DNA of 64,000 bases from Guillardia theta CCMP2712 (lineage: Eukaryota; Protista; Cryptophyta). Below are positions 61,784-64,000 of this stretch, one piece after another (within the stretch, counting starts at the first letter, position 1; every line of letters starts with the position of its first letter). The position numbers were made by a program, and so were the translations under genes. The notes below the pieces were generated by a model. It had not been told where the DNA came from, ran no database searches, and was given only the letters and a program-made list of their open reading frames with translations. The stretch covers positions 108,535-172,534 of the forward strand of contig NW_005434658.1 in assembly GCF_000315625.1 (NCBI RefSeq), in the 5' to 3' direction.

Positions 61784-63190
61784 TCATGAATCTTTTCTTT
61801 CCTCTGGCACAGGCTTCAGGTCAATCATCAGGTTGTACTGCCTTGTCCCGTGAACTCTTGACATCTCCGTCACGCAAGAGACTTTCCCTGATGGCAAGAA
61901 GGAGGGCAACACCTCTTCGGGGAACATAACTGCGCCGTCATTATTGATGAGTGCATCCATCACATCAACACACTTACCCAAAGTTTGCTTCCAGTGAGTT
62001 TCCGGTTTGGACGGAGAGGTGTCCAAGACGCTGTTCGAGCTGTCCTCGCTCACCTCGAACCAGATGCAAGCTCCTCGCATGGTCTGGTTCACTGCGAAAG
62101 TCATGCTCTTAGCAATCTTCCGCACCTCTGCGGGTGTTATCTTGTACATGTCACACTCCCACAGGACTTGAGGGAGTTCGATCACGTCAGTCTCGTCCAC
62201 TCTGACGATCATCGGTGAAGACACCATCTGCTCTACTGCGACCGGATGGACAGCATGCAGCGTTAGCCCCCAGGTCTCCTCCGGGTCCGACCAGAATTCA
62301 ACCTTGTCTCGCCAGACCCTCTCAGCAGAGACAGGCGCCAACAGGATCCTAGCGGAACTCGGAAGCATCGTCCCCTCCTCCTTCAAGAAGTTGTCCCTTG
62401 CAAAGATGACCGAGTCAATCATCGACTCGTGCAGCAGGTAGTGGCCCATCCACTCGCTCACGATGAGATCAACTTTCTCTGGGAGCTTCACGTCCTCTAT
62501 CCTGCTGTGCAGCACGTCTACGATGTCGCTCATCCCGTTGTCGAACACGTTCATTTGCGCCAGGGAGGCCATTCTGCTGCTCTCCACAGCGTACACTTTC
62601 CTCGCTCCTGCTCTTGCCGCAAACATGGCAAGCAGGCCAGTCCCAGTCCCCACATCCAGCACAACCATTCCCGGACGCTCCTTCAACACCTGCTCGATGG
62701 CATTTCTATACCACTGGCATCGCTCACGGTCCCGCAGCATGGACTGGTGTACACCAAGGTCGCAGTAGCTCTTGGTATAGGGATCCTCCGCGCTAGGTGC
62801 AGCTCTTGAACCTGATCCTCTGTCATGAATGCACAGCTCCATGCTGCGTTGCGAGCGCTGGAGCTCCGCAAAACGCTGGGCCGACTCTCTGTCAAGGAAT
62901 TCAAGTCTTGGGAGCTTCCCAGCGACGACCAGCCGATCGAGCTCCTTCTGCGTACACGCATTCTTGCTCCTCTTGTCTTCCACGAACCATCTGGACACAA
63001 TCTTCCCGTCCTCAAACGCCTCTTCCTCGCCCACCACTCTCAGTACTAGTCGGTCATGCCCTGGAGGCTGACTGCCCCGAGCATGGCCGCTCGTGTATGG
63101 CGTCGAGTCGTCAACGAGGAGGAGGAGGAGCATGATGTAGCTCGTCGAGGGACACAGCAAGGAGCGTCTCCAGCAATACATTCTGAGCAT
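61784..63190 (-). CDS. Type I protein arginine N-methyltransferase (PRMT1/6-like) with N-terminal extension
   Basis: HQSMLRD, VLDVGTGTGLL, VYAVE, VDLIVSEWMG..LLHE (double-E loop), THWKQT; one probable in-frame intron at ~61930-61977 (gtaagt..gcgcag). Confidence 0.93.
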   Translation of the reverse strand: MLRMYCWRRSLLCPSTSYIMLLLLLVDDSTPYTSGHARGSQPPGHDRLVLRVVGEEEAFEDGKIVSRWFVEDKRSKNACTQKELDRLVVAGKLPRLEFLDRESAQRFAELQRSQRSMELCIHDRGSGSRAAPSAEDPYTKSYCDLGVHQSMLRDRERCQWYRNAIEQVLKERPGMVVLDVGTGTGLLAMFAARAGARKVYAVESSRMASLAQMNVFDNGMSDIVDVLHSRIEDVKLPEKVDLIVSEWMGHYLLHESMIDSVIFARDNFLKEEGTMLPSSARILLAPVSAERVWRDKVEFWSDPEETWGLTLHAVHPVAVEQMVSSPMIVRVDETDVIELPQVLWECDMYKITPAEVRKIAKSMTFAVNQTMRGACIWFEVSEDSSNSVLDTSPSKPETHWKQTLGKCVDVMDALINNDGAVMFPEEVLPSFLPSGKVSCVTEMSRVHGTRQYNLMIDLKPVPEERKDS

Positions 63191-64000
63191 GATGCGGCTC
63201 GTCGCCTCTGAGGCGGACCGCAAATTGGTATGCGTGCCAGGCCCGGGCCCGGGCGTCGCCCGGCCCGCCCGCCGGCCCCGCCGCGCGGTACTGTGAACTG
63301 ACGGTCCGATCACCGGTCGCCGGCCTGGCCGGGTCGGACCGTACGACCCGGCCAGGCCGCGGGCAAGTGAAAGAATGTCACGGTTACTATGATGGGTACC
63401 GGCAGCCTAGGGTTCCCGGAACTCGGAGTTCCGCTACGGAGTACTGCCAGGACGGACTCCCCGGACTCATGGGCACCGGCAGTCACGGTAGCCCGGCCCC
63501 CGGGCGCTGCGCGGCGGCAGAGCGGCAGTTTACCGTACTACCGTACTAGGGCAGTAGTAGGGGATATGATGATGGACAGGGGTTACTATCAAAAATCACT
63601 GAGTAGTACGCACTATTGTTTCCCACGCCTCATCTGTACTGATTGAAAGTACACTGCTACGGTGGTGGATTTCTCGGGGCAAATTTCAAATCACTTTGTA
63701 CAAAGTCAGAAACTAGCAACCTGGGCCCTGAGACGGCGGGAAACCGGGGGAGTGTGAGAACAGATATTGCCTCACTGATTGAAGTTTACCACAGCGACTC
63801 CGTCACGAAGTTACTACCGTGATGGTCTGTTGCACTACTGAGTGACCCGAAGTTGAGTAAAGTTTCAGAGGTTTTTTTTTTCCGAGGCTGGGAGAAGTGA
63901 ACAACATTGGAGGAGGGATGCAGGGGGGGTGGATGCAAGGGGGATGCAGGGGTGGAGGTGGGTGGGGTAGGATCGGTGATCCGAAGTTGATATCGTCACG

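Overview
Eukaryotic, gene-dense and intron-rich draft genomic DNA with five N gaps. Short (about 50-nt) introns, microsatellite-filled introns, GC-rich intergenic islands and the gene content suggest a cryptophyte alga of the Guillardia type; this is inference only. Hand-spliced genes: a BCCT transporter (3' end off-window), a small membrane-anchored orphan, an ankyrin protein, two tandem CENP-B/psq-type HTH genes plus an inverted relic, PACRG, a long hypothetical gene, a single-domain voltage-gated cation channel (filter TGDSW), a SMYD-like SET protein head-to-head with an intronless histone H3, a kelch-ACBP, a RING-like/TKL-kinase/beta-helix fusion, a prolyl oligopeptidase, two tandem orphans, a secreted trypsin-like protease, an Sfi1-like protein and a type I PRMT. 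No rRNA, tRNA, CRISPR array or intact mobile element was seen. The most notable non-coding signal is that intergenic DNA falls into three recurring types: palindrome-dense GC islands, strand-polarised TACCCC tracts and AT-rich patches. A perfect 45-bp inverted repeat enclosing a 38-bp duplication and two sharp gene-conversion-like tracts also stand out. Many gene ends are approximate.
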